Positions 10,112 to 18,223 of a stretch of DNA of 51,614 bases are shown piece by piece; the stretch's first letter is position 1; each line of letters begins with the position of its first letter. The notes under the pieces are model-generated. The model did no database searches. It had not been told where the DNA came from and saw only the letters and a program-made list of their open reading frames with translations. Position numbers and translations under genes: made by a program. Origin of the DNA: Nitrospirota bacterium (GTDB taxonomy: Bacteria; Nitrospirota; Thermodesulfovibrionia; Thermodesulfovibrionales; JdFR-88); the NCBI GenBank assembly GCA_021788025.1, contig JAJYLE010000002.1:1-51614 (forward strand), read 5' to 3'.

Positions 10112-10175
10112 CAAAATCAACCCGAAAGGCCGCTAAAAAAGAAATCCCTTTTGTCCACAAGAAAGCCTGAAGAGC
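10112..10175 (+). repeat. Copy B of the ~64-bp imperfect direct repeat
   Basis: See copy A. Both copies have the same orientation and lie on either side of the radical SAM gene. Confidence 0.8.
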
Positions 10176-10192
10176 CTTTATAATAGAATATC

Positions 10193-11536
10193 GTGATGAA
10201 AAACAACGGCGCGAAAGTTTTTAAAAGGCTGCATACGGTATTGAACGACCTTTTCGGCGTAAACCGCCCCGTTTCAGCTTGCGTAATCGTAAGCGCCATT
10301 GCAATCGCTGTGGCCGCATTCTGGTTTTTCTATTCGGCCCCGCCCACCACTATCGTTATCACCAGCGGGCCAAAGGGCAGCATCTTTGAGATGAACGCGG
10401 AAAAATACGCGAAGATACTGGCAAAAAACGGCGTAAAACTGAAAATCCTGCCCTCGGATGGCTCCGTGGAAAATCTCAAGAGGCTGGCGGACCCTAAATT
10501 CAAGGTAGATGCGGGTTTTGTTCAGGGCGGCCTTGCCAATGGCGTAAATACAGATAACCTGGTTTCACTTGGAAGCGTTTCGTATGCGCCGCTGCTGGTT
10601 TTTTATAAAGGCAGCGGGTCTTTTGACATGCTCTCGGAATTGGAGGGCAGGCGCATATCCATCGGCCAGCCAGGCAGCGGCACCAGGGCGCTTGCGTTGA
10701 ACCTGCTTGCGGCAAACGGGATAGAGCCGGGCGGCGAGACAACCCTCCTTGGCCTTGATACCAACGATGCCGTAAACGAGCTTGTTAACGGAAAAATAGA
10801 CGCCGTTTTCCTGATGGGAGAGTCCGCTTCGGTGCAGACGATGCGTAAACTCTTCCTTACCCCCGATATCAGGCTGCTCGATTTCTCCCAGGCTGATGCA
10901 TACTCCCGCAAGCTCCACTATTTAAACAAGCTTGATATTCCAAAGGGCGCCGTGGATTTCGGTATGGATATCCCCGCCCATGACGTGTGGCTTGTGGCCC
11001 CCATGGTGGAACTGGTTGTGCGGAAAAACCTGCATCCGGCCCTCCAGGACCTACTCATCGAGGCTGCTCAGGAGGTGCACGGAAAGGCAAACATCCTGCA
11101 GCGGGCGGGGCAGTTTCCGGCCCCCATACAGCATGAGTTCAGGATAAGCCCGGAGGCGCTCCGGTTCTATAAATCGGGCAAGACGTTTCTCTACCGCAGC
11201 CTTCCCTTCAGGCTTGCAAGCATCTCCACCCGGATACTGGCAGTGGTGGTGCCGCTGATTGTTCTTTTGTTTCCGGGCATGAAGATAATCCCGGCCGTTT
11301 ACCAGTGGCGGATAAAGATGCGCATCTACCATTGGTACCGCGAACTGCTTACGCTGGAAAAAGACATGCTGGCGCAGCCTTCACCCCAGGAGCGCCAGAA
11401 ACTGATGGAACGGCTGGAGCGCATAGGCAAAGAGGTAAACAGGATGAAACTGCCCGCCTCGTTTGGCGACCAGTTTTACGTGCTGCTGGAGCATGTGGAT
11501 TTCGTGCGTGAAAGGCTTAAAGAGGGGGCCAGATAA
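10193..11536 (+). CDS. TAXI-family (TRAP-type) solute-binding-like protein with N- and C-terminal TM helices
   Basis: N-terminal TM helix (VSAIAIAVAAFWFFY), then a TAXI-like body (IVITSGPKGSIFEMNAEKYAKIL...PSDGSVENLKRL...VDAGFVQGG). A C-terminal TM helix (ILAVVVPLIVLLFPG) and a charged helical tail follow. Start is GTG 10193 or ATG 10196. Confidence 0.65.
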   Translation: MMKNNGAKVFKRLHTVLNDLFGVNRPVSACVIVSAIAIAVAAFWFFYSAPPTTIVITSGPKGSIFEMNAEKYAKILAKNGVKLKILPSDGSVENLKRLADPKFKVDAGFVQGGLANGVNTDNLVSLGSVSYAPLLVFYKGSGSFDMLSELEGRRISIGQPGSGTRALALNLLAANGIEPGGETTLLGLDTNDAVNELVNGKIDAVFLMGESASVQTMRKLFLTPDIRLLDFSQADAYSRKLHYLNKLDIPKGAVDFGMDIPAHDVWLVAPMVELVVRKNLHPALQDLLIEAAQEVHGKANILQRAGQFPAPIQHEFRISPEALRFYKSGKTFLYRSLPFRLASISTRILAVVVPLIVLLFPGMKIIPAVYQWRIKMRIYHWYRELLTLEKDMLAQPSPQERQKLMERLERIGKEVNRMKLPASFGDQFYVLLEHVDFVRERLKEGAR

Positions 11537-11622
11537 GCCTTATATTGTTACGGACCAATTTGCGCCCCCGCACTGTATTCTGATATATTCTACATTTAAC
11601 TTTACTTCTTCCGGAGGAATCT

Positions 11623-13032
11623 TTGGTCAGAGTAAGATTTGCCCCCAGCCCTACTGGGTATCTTCATATAGGCGGCGCAAGGACCGCCCTTTTCAACTGG
11701 CTTTACGCAAGGCATTTAAAAGGCACTTTCGTGCTGAGGATAGAGGACACGGACCGCACCCGCTCCACCGATGAATACATAGAGGCCATAATCCAGGGGA
11801 TGAAATGGCTGAAACTGGACTGGGAGGAGGGCCCGTACCGCCAGACCGACCGGTTCGATGTATACAAAAAGCACGTTGAGGAGATGCTTGAAAAAGGCCA
11901 GGCATACCGCTGCTACTGCACCCCCGAAGAACTGGAGGAAAGAAGGCAGAAGGCGCTTGCCGGGGGGAGACCGCCCAGGTATGATGGCAGATGCAGGAAC
12001 CTGAAAACCCCGCCACCGGGAAGGGAGGGCAACGCCTCCGTCAGGTTCAGGATGCCGGAGTCCGGAGAGACGGTAGTGGAGGACCTGATCCGCGGCCACG
12101 TTCTGTTTGAAAACGCCCAGCTGGATGATTTCATTATAGCCCGTTCCGATGGTACGCCCACGTATAATTTTGTGGTGGTGGTGGACGATGTGGAGATGAA
12201 AATAACCCATGTTATCAGGGGAGACGACCACCTCAACAACACCCCCAAGCAGATACATATGTACAGGGCGCTGGGGCATGAGCCGCCCAAGTTCGCCCAC
12301 CTGCCAATGATACTGGGCGCGGACAAAACCCGGTTGTCAAAGAGGCACGGGGCCACTTCCGTAATGGCGTACAGGGACATGGGCTACCTGCCTGACGCCC
12401 TTGTGAACTATCTTGCCAGGCTTGGATGGTCCCATGGGGACAAGGAAGTTTTTACACGTGAGGAGCTTGTTGATTTCTTCTCGCTTGAAGACATCGGCAA
12501 ATCAGCCGCGGTGTTCAATCCTGAAAAACTCCTTTGGCTGAACGGCGAGTACATGCGGGCTACGCCGCCCGCCGCCCTTGCCGGCATGCTGATGCCTTTT
12601 CTGAAAGAAAAAAATTATTACGGCGCGGCCCCGGAAAAGATAGACCGCGGCTGGCTTGAAAAGGCCGTGGCAACATTGATAGAGCGGTCCAAGACGCTTG
12701 TGGATTTGGCCCAGGCGATGAGCTATTATCTTCAGGAAGAAGTGGAAATGGACCCGCAGGCCAAAGCCAAATTCATAAATGCCGATACGCTTCCTTATTT
12801 AAAGGACGTGCGGGAGGCGCTTTCGGGTCTGGATAAATTCACTCACGACACGCTGGAAAATGCGTTTAAATCCGTCGTTGAAAAGCACAACGCCAAGCTG
12901 GCCAAGGTGGCCCAGCCGGCAAGGGTGGCGGTAACCGGCGGCACCGTAAGCCCCGGCATCTATGAGGTGCTGGAGATAATCGGTAAAGAGCGTACGCTTA
13001 AAAGGCTGGATAAGGCAATAGGGGCGGCGTGA
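11623..13032 (+). CDS. gltX: Glutamate--tRNA ligase
   Basis: VRFAPSPTGYLHIGGARTA (HIGH motif), KLSKRHG (KMSKS motif). TTG start. Confidence 0.95.
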   Translation: MVRVRFAPSPTGYLHIGGARTALFNWLYARHLKGTFVLRIEDTDRTRSTDEYIEAIIQGMKWLKLDWEEGPYRQTDRFDVYKKHVEEMLEKGQAYRCYCTPEELEERRQKALAGGRPPRYDGRCRNLKTPPPGREGNASVRFRMPESGETVVEDLIRGHVLFENAQLDDFIIARSDGTPTYNFVVVVDDVEMKITHVIRGDDHLNNTPKQIHMYRALGHEPPKFAHLPMILGADKTRLSKRHGATSVMAYRDMGYLPDALVNYLARLGWSHGDKEVFTREELVDFFSLEDIGKSAAVFNPEKLLWLNGEYMRATPPAALAGMLMPFLKEKNYYGAAPEKIDRGWLEKAVATLIERSKTLVDLAQAMSYYLQEEVEMDPQAKAKFINADTLPYLKDVREALSGLDKFTHDTLENAFKSVVEKHNAKLAKVAQPARVAVTGGTVSPGIYEVLEIIGKERTLKRLDKAIGAA

Positions 13033-14027
13033 GCTACGCGGCGGTAATAGGGGCGGGGAGCTGGGGGACCACGCTGGCAGGGCTTCTGGCCGGCAAAAAC
13101 CTGGACGTTACCCTGTGGGCGCTGGAACAGGAACTGGCAAAGAAGATAGAGGACACCCGCGAAAACAACCTGTATCTTCCCGGCGTGAAACTGCCGGACA
13201 ATCTGAAAGCCACATCGGATTTTGACAAGGCTGTCAACGGCGCGCGGTTTGTGATAAACGTTGTGCCCACCCAATATATGCGTTCGGTGCTGGCAGGCGC
13301 GCCCAAGTTGCTGGCCAAAGGCGCAATAATTGTAAGCGCATCCAAAGGGATTGAAAGAGAAACCTTCAAGCGGCCCTCTGAGATCATAAAAGAAATAACC
13401 GGGCTGGAGTCCGTGGTTCTGTCCGGCCCAAGCTTTGCAAAGGAAGTGGCCGCTGGCGCGCCTACGGCAGTTGCGGTGGCAGGCAGCTCAAAAAAGGACC
13501 TGCTTCTGGTGCAGGAACTGATGAACACCTCTTTTTTCAGGGTGTATACAAATTCCGATGTTACAGGTGTTGAACTGGGCGGGGCCCTGAAGAACGTTAT
13601 AGCCATAGCCGCAGGCATTTCAGACGGGCTGGGCCTTGGGCACAACGCCAGGGCCGCCCTGATAACCAGGGGACTTGCGGAGATGAAGCGCCTGGGCGCG
13701 GCAATGGGCGCAAACGAGCAGACGTTCTCCGGGCTTTCAGGCATAGGCGATCTGGTATTGACCTGCACGGCAAACCTGTCAAGAAACTATTCGTTCGGCC
13801 TGAAGCTGGCAAGCGGCATGTCCGCCACGGAGATCGCCGGGTCCAGCCGGTCGGTTGCCGAAGGCGTGGAGACCTCGCGGTCCGCTTATGGGCTTGCCGG
13901 AAAACACGGTGTGGAGCTGCCGATAACTGAACAGGTTTATAGAGTAATTTTCGAAGGGAAATCACCCAGAGAGGCCGTTACCCTCCTTATGACGCGCACG
14001 CTTAAGGGCGAGTTCAATGCCCAATGA
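13029..14027 (+). CDS. gpsA: NAD(P)H-dependent glycerol-3-phosphate dehydrogenase
   Basis: VIGAGSWGTTLA...SKGIE...GALKNVIAIAAGISDGLGLG.NA.AALITRGL.EM. GTG start overlaps the gltX stop (GTGA). Confidence 0.93.
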   Translation: MSYAAVIGAGSWGTTLAGLLAGKNLDVTLWALEQELAKKIEDTRENNLYLPGVKLPDNLKATSDFDKAVNGARFVINVVPTQYMRSVLAGAPKLLAKGAIIVSASKGIERETFKRPSEIIKEITGLESVVLSGPSFAKEVAAGAPTAVAVAGSSKKDLLLVQELMNTSFFRVYTNSDVTGVELGGALKNVIAIAAGISDGLGLGHNARAALITRGLAEMKRLGAAMGANEQTFSGLSGIGDLVLTCTANLSRNYSFGLKLASGMSATEIAGSSRSVAEGVETSRSAYGLAGKHGVELPITEQVYRVIFEGKSPREAVTLLMTRTLKGEFNAQ

Positions 14028-14763
14028 CAACGCGAAGCTAAAGAGAATACTTTCCAGCCTGTCCGGAAAGGAGATTACCCTTCATGAGGCCATGGCCGCC
14101 CTCAAGCCCATAATCCATTATGAGGACATAGGCGTTGCCAAGGTGGACCATGGCCGGACGATGAGGCAGGGCATCCCGGAAGTTATACTTGCCAAAGGCA
14201 AGCACATCGAAGATGTGGCTGCGGTTGCCAAAAGCATGTTCAGGCAGTCCGGGAAGTTCCTTATCACCAAAGCGGACAAACAGGTTTACGATTCCCTGGG
14301 TATCAAACAGGCGCTTTTTTATCCACGCTCCGGCGTGATTATGGCGGGGGAGGGCGGCCGGAAGAAGGGCAAGGTGCTTATTGTATCGGCAGGCACGGCT
14401 GACATTTCCGTTGCCGAGGAGGCGGCCCTCACGGCATCTTTCATGGGAAGCGGCACGGAAACGCTTTACGATGCCGGGGTTTCAGGCCTGCACAGGATAC
14501 TCATGAACCGGCATCTTCTGGACGGGGCCAGGTGCGTTATAGTAGTGGCCGGGATGGAGGGGGCGCTGCCGTCGGTAGTGGGGGCGCTTACGGACAAGCC
14601 GGTTATCGCGGTGCCAACGTCTGTTGGCTACGGGGCCAGCTTTGGAGGTATTGCCGCACTTCTTGCCATGCTTAATTCATGCGCGCCGGGGATAGCAGTT
14701 ATGAACATAGACAACGGCTTTGGCGCCGGATGCCTGGCGCACAAGATAAATACTGTCTCATAA
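14017..14763 (+). CDS. larB: LarB-like AIR-carboxylase family protein (nickel-pincer cofactor biosynthesis type)
   Basis: About 248 aa, with a PurE-like core VLIVSAGTADISVAEEAALTASFMG..T..YDAGVSGLHR and VIVVAGMEGALPSVV. It overlaps the gpsA 3' end by 11 nt. Confidence 0.75.
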   Translation: MPNDNAKLKRILSSLSGKEITLHEAMAALKPIIHYEDIGVAKVDHGRTMRQGIPEVILAKGKHIEDVAAVAKSMFRQSGKFLITKADKQVYDSLGIKQALFYPRSGVIMAGEGGRKKGKVLIVSAGTADISVAEEAALTASFMGSGTETLYDAGVSGLHRILMNRHLLDGARCVIVVAGMEGALPSVVGALTDKPVIAVPTSVGYGASFGGIAALLAMLNSCAPGIAVMNIDNGFGAGCLAHKINTVS

Positions 14764-14765
14764 AG

Positions 14766-14785
14766 AAAAAACCGGCCGGTTTTTA
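14766..14785 (+). terminator. Weak hairpin/T-run after larB
   Basis: aaaaaccggccggttttt is a palindrome with a short GC core flanked by A and T runs, 3 nt after the larB stop. Confidence 0.35.
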
Positions 14786-15109
14786 ATGGGCCGTCATTCC
14801 CGGGGCATTAATCTGGAAATGCGCGATTTTGCTTCTGTCAGCGCTTTATGCCACTGCACGATGCTCATTGTCCTCTGATTTTTTCGCGGGCGGTGTTCGC
14901 CTATGTTCAGCCTCGTCCCGCTTCCATAATGCAGGGTTTAGGCCGCGCGGCCCACATGAATACGGCAAATGAGAAGATATTTTCTTTTTGTCCAAACCAT
15001 CGCGAGAACGGAGTCCGAGCGACCGGCTAACGCCGCGCCACTGGTCCGGTACGGCCCCCGATCTTCCTTGCTCTTCATTTTAGCAACAGGAATTTTAAAC
15101 TCCGCCTAT

Positions 15110-16057
15110 TCAGCTTCCCCAGTCGTACTTCCTTCTCTTCCTGTGCGAGATGTATTTTTCCGCCGAAAGGGCGGCAGCGGCCCCGTTGGCTGCGGCTATC
15201 ACAACCTGCCTTACTTCCACGCAGGTAACGTCGCCCGCGCCGAAGACGCCGGGGATGGATGTCTCCATCATTCTGTTGGTTACTATGCAGTCCGCCTCGG
15301 AAAGCTCCACGCCGCCGGCCAGGAAATCCGTTATCGGACGGCTGCCGTGGAGGTACACGAACACGCCGGACACGTCCAGGTTGGACGTCTGCTTGTCAGG
15401 GCCGGCCATGACCACCCTGTCCACGGTATCATTGCCCTCGATGGCCATAACGGTAGTGCCTTTAATCACCTTCATCACTGCGGACTGAAATGCCGGGTTT
15501 TCCCCGCCGCCGGGCAGCTTGTCCTGCGGGCAGATTACGTAAACTTCGGAGCACGTCCTGGAAAGATATTCAGCCTCTTTGAACGCCTCTTCAGAGCCGC
15601 CAATTACGCATACGCGCTTGCCCTTGAAGAATGCCGCGTCGCATACGGCGCAATAGCTTACGCCCCTGCCTAAAAACTCCGCCTCGCCTTTAATGGAGGG
15701 CTTCCGGCCCATTGATCCGGTTGCGATTACGATCGTTTTGCCGCTGTAATTCTTGTCCATGGTGAAGGCCTCTTTTACGTTGCCGCCGATATTTACGCCA
15801 ATAACCTGCGCCTCAAGATATTCCGCGCCGAAACTGATGGCCTGGTCCCTGAACATATCCAGAAGCTCTTTGCCCGAAAGCGGCTTATTGCACATGCCAG
15901 GATAGTTTTCTATCTTGTGGGCAAAGGCCAGCGCGCCAGCTGTTCTGGATTTATCCAGCACAAGGGTTGAAAGCCCCGCACGCGCCGCGTACTGGGCGGC
16001 GGAAAGCCCTGCCGGTCCGCCGCCTATGATAAGCACGTCATAAAGTTTTTCTTCCAT
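15110..16057 (-). CDS. trxB: Thioredoxin-disulfide reductase-like FAD/NAD(P)H flavoprotein
   Basis: YDVLIIGGGPAGLSAAQYAARAG, redox CAVCD motif, second dinucleotide fold VCVIGGSEEA and C-terminal GVFGAGD. A GGGAG SD lies in the 16-nt gap after mqnC. Confidence 0.8.
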   Translation of the reverse strand: MEEKLYDVLIIGGGPAGLSAAQYAARAGLSTLVLDKSRTAGALAFAHKIENYPGMCNKPLSGKELLDMFRDQAISFGAEYLEAQVIGVNIGGNVKEAFTMDKNYSGKTIVIATGSMGRKPSIKGEAEFLGRGVSYCAVCDAAFFKGKRVCVIGGSEEAFKEAEYLSRTCSEVYVICPQDKLPGGGENPAFQSAVMKVIKGTTVMAIEGNDTVDRVVMAGPDKQTSNLDVSGVFVYLHGSRPITDFLAGGVELSEADCIVTNRMMETSIPGVFGAGDVTCVEVRQVVIAAANGAAAALSAEKYISHRKRRKYDWGS

Positions 16058-16073
16058 CAGCGCTCCCGTATCT

Positions 16074-17105
16074 TTAAAAGTATTTTAGAATATTATACAG
16101 TGTGTCCCTCTGGGCGGGCCTGAACCCGGCCGCCTTTATGCCGTGTATGATATCGTCCTTGGAAACCCTGTATTTCACGCCCGCGGATGCCACCACGTTC
16201 TCCTCTATCATCGTGGAGCCGAAGTCGTTGGCGCCGAACCTCAGGGCAACCTGCGCCATCTTCAGCCCTTGCGTAACCCATGAGGCCTGGATATTTTTTA
16301 TGTTGTCCAGGTATATCCGGCATACCGCAAGCACCCGCAGATAATCCACGCCGGTAGCAGGCGCAATTCCGCCCATTTTAGTATTGCCAGGCTGGAAGCT
16401 CCATGGGATAAACGCGGTAAACCCTCCCGTTTCGTCCTGGAGCGCCCTTACGGCATCCAGGTGGGCGATTATGTCTTCTGCAGACTCCGACGCGCCAAAC
16501 ATCATGGTGGCCGTGGTCCTCATGCCCGCCCTGTGGGCCTCGCGCATTACATTAAGCCATTGCTTGGCGCCTATCTTTTCCGGGCTGATTTTTTTGCGCA
16601 CCCTGTCCGAAAGTATTTCCGCGCCGCCGCCCGGAACGGAATCCAGCCCGGCTGCGCGCAGGATTCCAAGCGCCTCCCGGATGGTTATGTGGTTTTGCCG
16701 CGCAATGAACTCGATCTCCGGCGGGGAGAAGCCGTGTATGCGTATCGACGGAAACGCTCTTTTTATCCCGGCGAGCATGCCGGTGTAAAACCCCATCGGC
16801 AACTGCGGATTAAGCCCGCCCTGAAGAAGTATCTGCGTCCCGCCCAGTGCGATGGTCTCTTCTATCTTGCTTGCAAGTTCTTCTTTGCTGATTACATAAC
16901 CTTCAGGGCTCCCCTCAGGCCTCCAGAAGGCGCAGAACTTGCAACCGTTTATGCAGACATTGGTGTAATTTATGTTTCTGTCCACAACGAACGTAACCAC
17001 CTTTTTTGGATGCAGTTTTTTCCGCATCCCGTCGGCCAGCTGTCCAAGCTCCAGCAGGTCCGCAGATTCAAGGAGCTTAAGCGCTTTTCCCTTGTTAATC
17101 CTCAT
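16074..17105 (-). CDS. mqnC: Radical SAM futalosine-pathway enzyme, most like cyclic dehypoxanthinyl futalosine synthase
   Basis: VTFVVDRNINYTNVCINGCKFCAF, ILLQGGLNP and IHGFSPPEI match my recollection of the MqnC/CofH-like pattern. MqnC versus MqnE is assigned from memory of motifs only. Confidence 0.75.
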   Translation of the reverse strand: MRINKGKALKLLESADLLELGQLADGMRKKLHPKKVVTFVVDRNINYTNVCINGCKFCAFWRPEGSPEGYVISKEELASKIEETIALGGTQILLQGGLNPQLPMGFYTGMLAGIKRAFPSIRIHGFSPPEIEFIARQNHITIREALGILRAAGLDSVPGGGAEILSDRVRKKISPEKIGAKQWLNVMREAHRAGMRTTATMMFGASESAEDIIAHLDAVRALQDETGGFTAFIPWSFQPGNTKMGGIAPATGVDYLRVLAVCRIYLDNIKNIQASWVTQGLKMAQVALRFGANDFGSTMIEENVVASAGVKYRVSKDDIIHGIKAAGFRPAQRDTLYNILKYF

Positions 17106-18163
17106 CTGGCCATCCTGTTTTTGCTTTTGATTTCCCTGTAAAAAGAGTCCCGCCGCACCGGGATTTTGCCGGCCCTTTCTATAACGGTGCGCAGCCTGTT
17201 CTCAGCGATGGAGCTTTCGGTGGAGGCCCCCGCGCAGTGGGCTATTCTTTCCTCTATCACGGTGCCCTCCAGGTCGTCCGCGCCAAAATAAAGAGCGGTC
17301 TGGGAGAGCTTTTCGCCAAGCATTATCCAGTACGCCTTTATATGCGGGATGTTGTCCAGAAACAGCCTGCTTACGGCTATGCACTTCAGGTCCTCCGTGC
17401 CGGAGGTGTGGTGGCCGCCGATGGACGTCATCGGCTGATAGGGCAGGGCCACAAACGCCTGGAACCCGCCGGTTTCGTCCTGGAGCGCCCTTAATTTTTG
17501 AAGATGGTTTATCCTGTGCGAATAACTTTCAAGATGGCCGTAAAGCATCGTGGCGTTGGTCTTTATGCCCGCATTGTGGGCGGCCCTCATCACCTGAAGC
17601 CATCTTGCGCCAGTCAGTTTTTCCGGGCAGAGTTTTTTGCGCACAGACGGGGCGAATATCTCCGCGCCGCCGCCTGGCATAACATCAAGGCCGCTGCCCT
17701 TCAATTCCTCGAAGACGCGCTCAAACGGCAATCCGCTTGTCTGCTGCATGTAATCCACCTCGGCCGCGGTAAACGCTTTTATCCCTACGCCCTTGAATTC
17801 TTTTTTAATGGACGAAAGAAGCCCGGTGTAATGGGCAAGCGGCCAGTCCGGATGCAGCCCTCCCACTATGTGCACCTCGTCAAACGGCGGTGCTTTTTTA
17901 AGCTTTTTGATTACGTCCTGCACGGTAAGTTCATATGCGCCTTCCTCGCCCCTGGAGCGCGAGAACGCGCAGAACCTGCACCTGTTTATGCATATATTGG
18001 TCGGGTTTATGTGTATGTTGCGGGTATAGAATACCTTTTTGCCGTTCAACTGGCCTGAAAGCCTTGCGGCGCGCCTTCCAATGGAAAAGATGTCGTCAGA
18101 GCGGAACAGCTCCAGCGCTTCTTCAGACGAGATACGTTTTGATTTTTTCAAAATGGCGCGCAC
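17102..18163 (-). CDS. mqnE: Radical SAM futalosine-pathway enzyme, most like aminofutalosine synthase
   Basis: FYTRNIHINPTNICINRCRFCAF, VHIVGGLHP and IKAFTAAEV match my recollection of the MqnE pattern. GTG start at 18163. ATGA overlap with mqnC at 17102-17105. Confidence 0.72.
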   Translation of the reverse strand: MRAILKKSKRISSEEALELFRSDDIFSIGRRAARLSGQLNGKKVFYTRNIHINPTNICINRCRFCAFSRSRGEEGAYELTVQDVIKKLKKAPPFDEVHIVGGLHPDWPLAHYTGLLSSIKKEFKGVGIKAFTAAEVDYMQQTSGLPFERVFEELKGSGLDVMPGGGAEIFAPSVRKKLCPEKLTGARWLQVMRAAHNAGIKTNATMLYGHLESYSHRINHLQKLRALQDETGGFQAFVALPYQPMTSIGGHHTSGTEDLKCIAVSRLFLDNIPHIKAYWIMLGEKLSQTALYFGADDLEGTVIEERIAHCAGASTESSIAENRLRTVIERAGKIPVRRDSFYREIKSKNRMAR

Positions 18164-18171
18164 ATTAGATT

Positions 18172-18198
18172 ATAAACCAAAGAGATGATAAACCAAAG
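18172..18198. repeat. Two copies of the 11-mer ataaaccaaag (18172-18182 and 18188-18198)
   Basis: Exact direct repeat in the 60-nt spacer between the rSAM/SPASM stop and the mqnE start. Confidence 0.7.
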
Positions 18199-18223
18199 GA
18201 AGGCCAACCGGCAAGGATTGAGA

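Noticed and set aside
9945-10160. N-terminal 72-codon extension of the radical SAM ORF.
   Set aside because: The sequence is hydrophobic and low-complexity and runs through repeat copy B. The family-typical N-terminus MDTVEKLKIL starts at 9944.
14969-15673. A 234-aa plus-strand ORF.
   Set aside because: It is antisense to the TrxR-like gene, whose FAD/NAD(P)H and CAVC motifs are clear.
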